Sequence record: DRR723986_3293 | Length of the DNA: 60,155 nucleotides | Reading direction: 5' to 3' (one strand) | In this document: piece after piece, positions 59,532 to 60,155 of the stretch | How positions within the stretch are numbered: the stretch's first letter is position 1 | Layout of the letters: the number at the start of each line of letters is the position of its first letter | Program-made: the position numbers and the translations under genes | Notes under the pieces: generated by a model | Told to the model about the DNA's origin: nothing | Database searches by the model: none | Seen by the model: only the letters and a program-made list of their open reading frames with translations

Positions 59532-60155
59532 TCAGCCGGCCCAGAGGTCGTATTCGTCAGCGCCAGTGACCTCGGCCTCGACAAAGTCACCGGGGTTCAG
59601 TCCGCTGACACCGTGCAGGTGCACCCGGCCGTCGATTTCCGGGGCATCGGCGGTGGAGCGACCCAGTGCCCCGTCGGGGTCCGTCTCATCGATCAGGATC
59701 TCGATGGTCTGGCCGATGCGCGCCTGCAGTTTGTCGGCGCTGATCTGCTGTTGCAGGGCCATGAAACGCTCCCAGCGCTCCTGCTTGAGTTCCTCCGGAA
59801 CGTGGTCAGGCAGGGCATTGGCAGCGGCGCCGGCCACCGGGGAGTACTGGAAACAGCCCACCCGGTCCAATTGCGCCTCCTGCAGGAACGCCAGTAGTTC
59901 ATTGAATTCCGCCTCGGTCTCCCCGGGATAACCGACGATGAAAGTGCTGCGTATGGCCAGCTCCGGGCACAATTCTCGCCAGCGGCGGATCCGGTCCAGG
60001 GATTTCTCTGCGGCGGCAGGACGCTTCATGCGCTGCAGCACGCTGGGGCTGCCGTGCTGAAAGGGTATGTCCAGGTAGGGCAGGATTTTCCCGTCAGCCA
60101 TCAGTGGGATCACATCATCGACATGGGGGTAGGGATAGACGTAGTGCAGGCGCAC
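59532..60155 (-). CDS. rimO: ribosomal protein S12 methylthiotransferase (5' part outside the window)
   Basis: [35 protein letters not shown] domain DAPEIDG, DEYDLW. Confidence 0.95.
   Translation of the reverse strand: MRLHYVYPYPHVDDVIPLMADGKILPYLDIPFQHGSPSVLQRMKRPAAAEKSLDRIRRWRELCPELAIRSTFIVGYPGETEAEFNELLAFLQEAQLDRVGCFQYSPVAGAAANALPDHVPEELKQERWERFMALQQQISADKLQARIGQTIEILIDETDPDGALGRSTADAPEIDGRVHLHGVSGLNPGDFVEAEVTGADEYDLWAG

Overview
GC-rich, gene-dense core chromosomal window of a gammaproteobacterium. Gene content and order suggest the marine Halieaceae (OM60/NOR5, Cellvibrionales); this is an inference. In order it contains: malate synthase G (partial) with a LysR regulator, an acyl-CoA dehydrogenase, rraA and nadC/ampD/ampE; an FHA-sigma54 activator plus Ser/Thr kinase pair; yhhN, panE and yajQ; a TPP-riboswitch thiamine uptake/salvage operon with a truncated YkoF-like gene; a degenerate GGDEF protein and a beta-carbonic anhydrase; an SDR/BaiE-like/DUF1214/sulfotransferase/cysC/sat sulfation cluster; a type II secretion operon (gspC-N); rubredoxin, a NylB-like hydrolase, an SNF transporter and cls; steroid-type enzymes (KSI, a tandem acyl-CoA dehydrogenase pair, a 3beta/17beta-HSD-like SDR); a Deg-type protease and htpX; a VWA plus Pam18-like J-protein pair; phoD, msrA, dinB, a CBS protein, rsmE and partial rimO. 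I saw no rRNA, tRNA, CRISPR array, IS or prophage. The best candidates for undescribed systems are the self-sufficient PAPS/sulfotransferase cluster with steroid-type partners, the FHA-EBP/kinase module, the VWA/J-protein module and the I-site-retaining degenerate GGDEF protein. All product calls come from motif recognition by eye; no database search was run.
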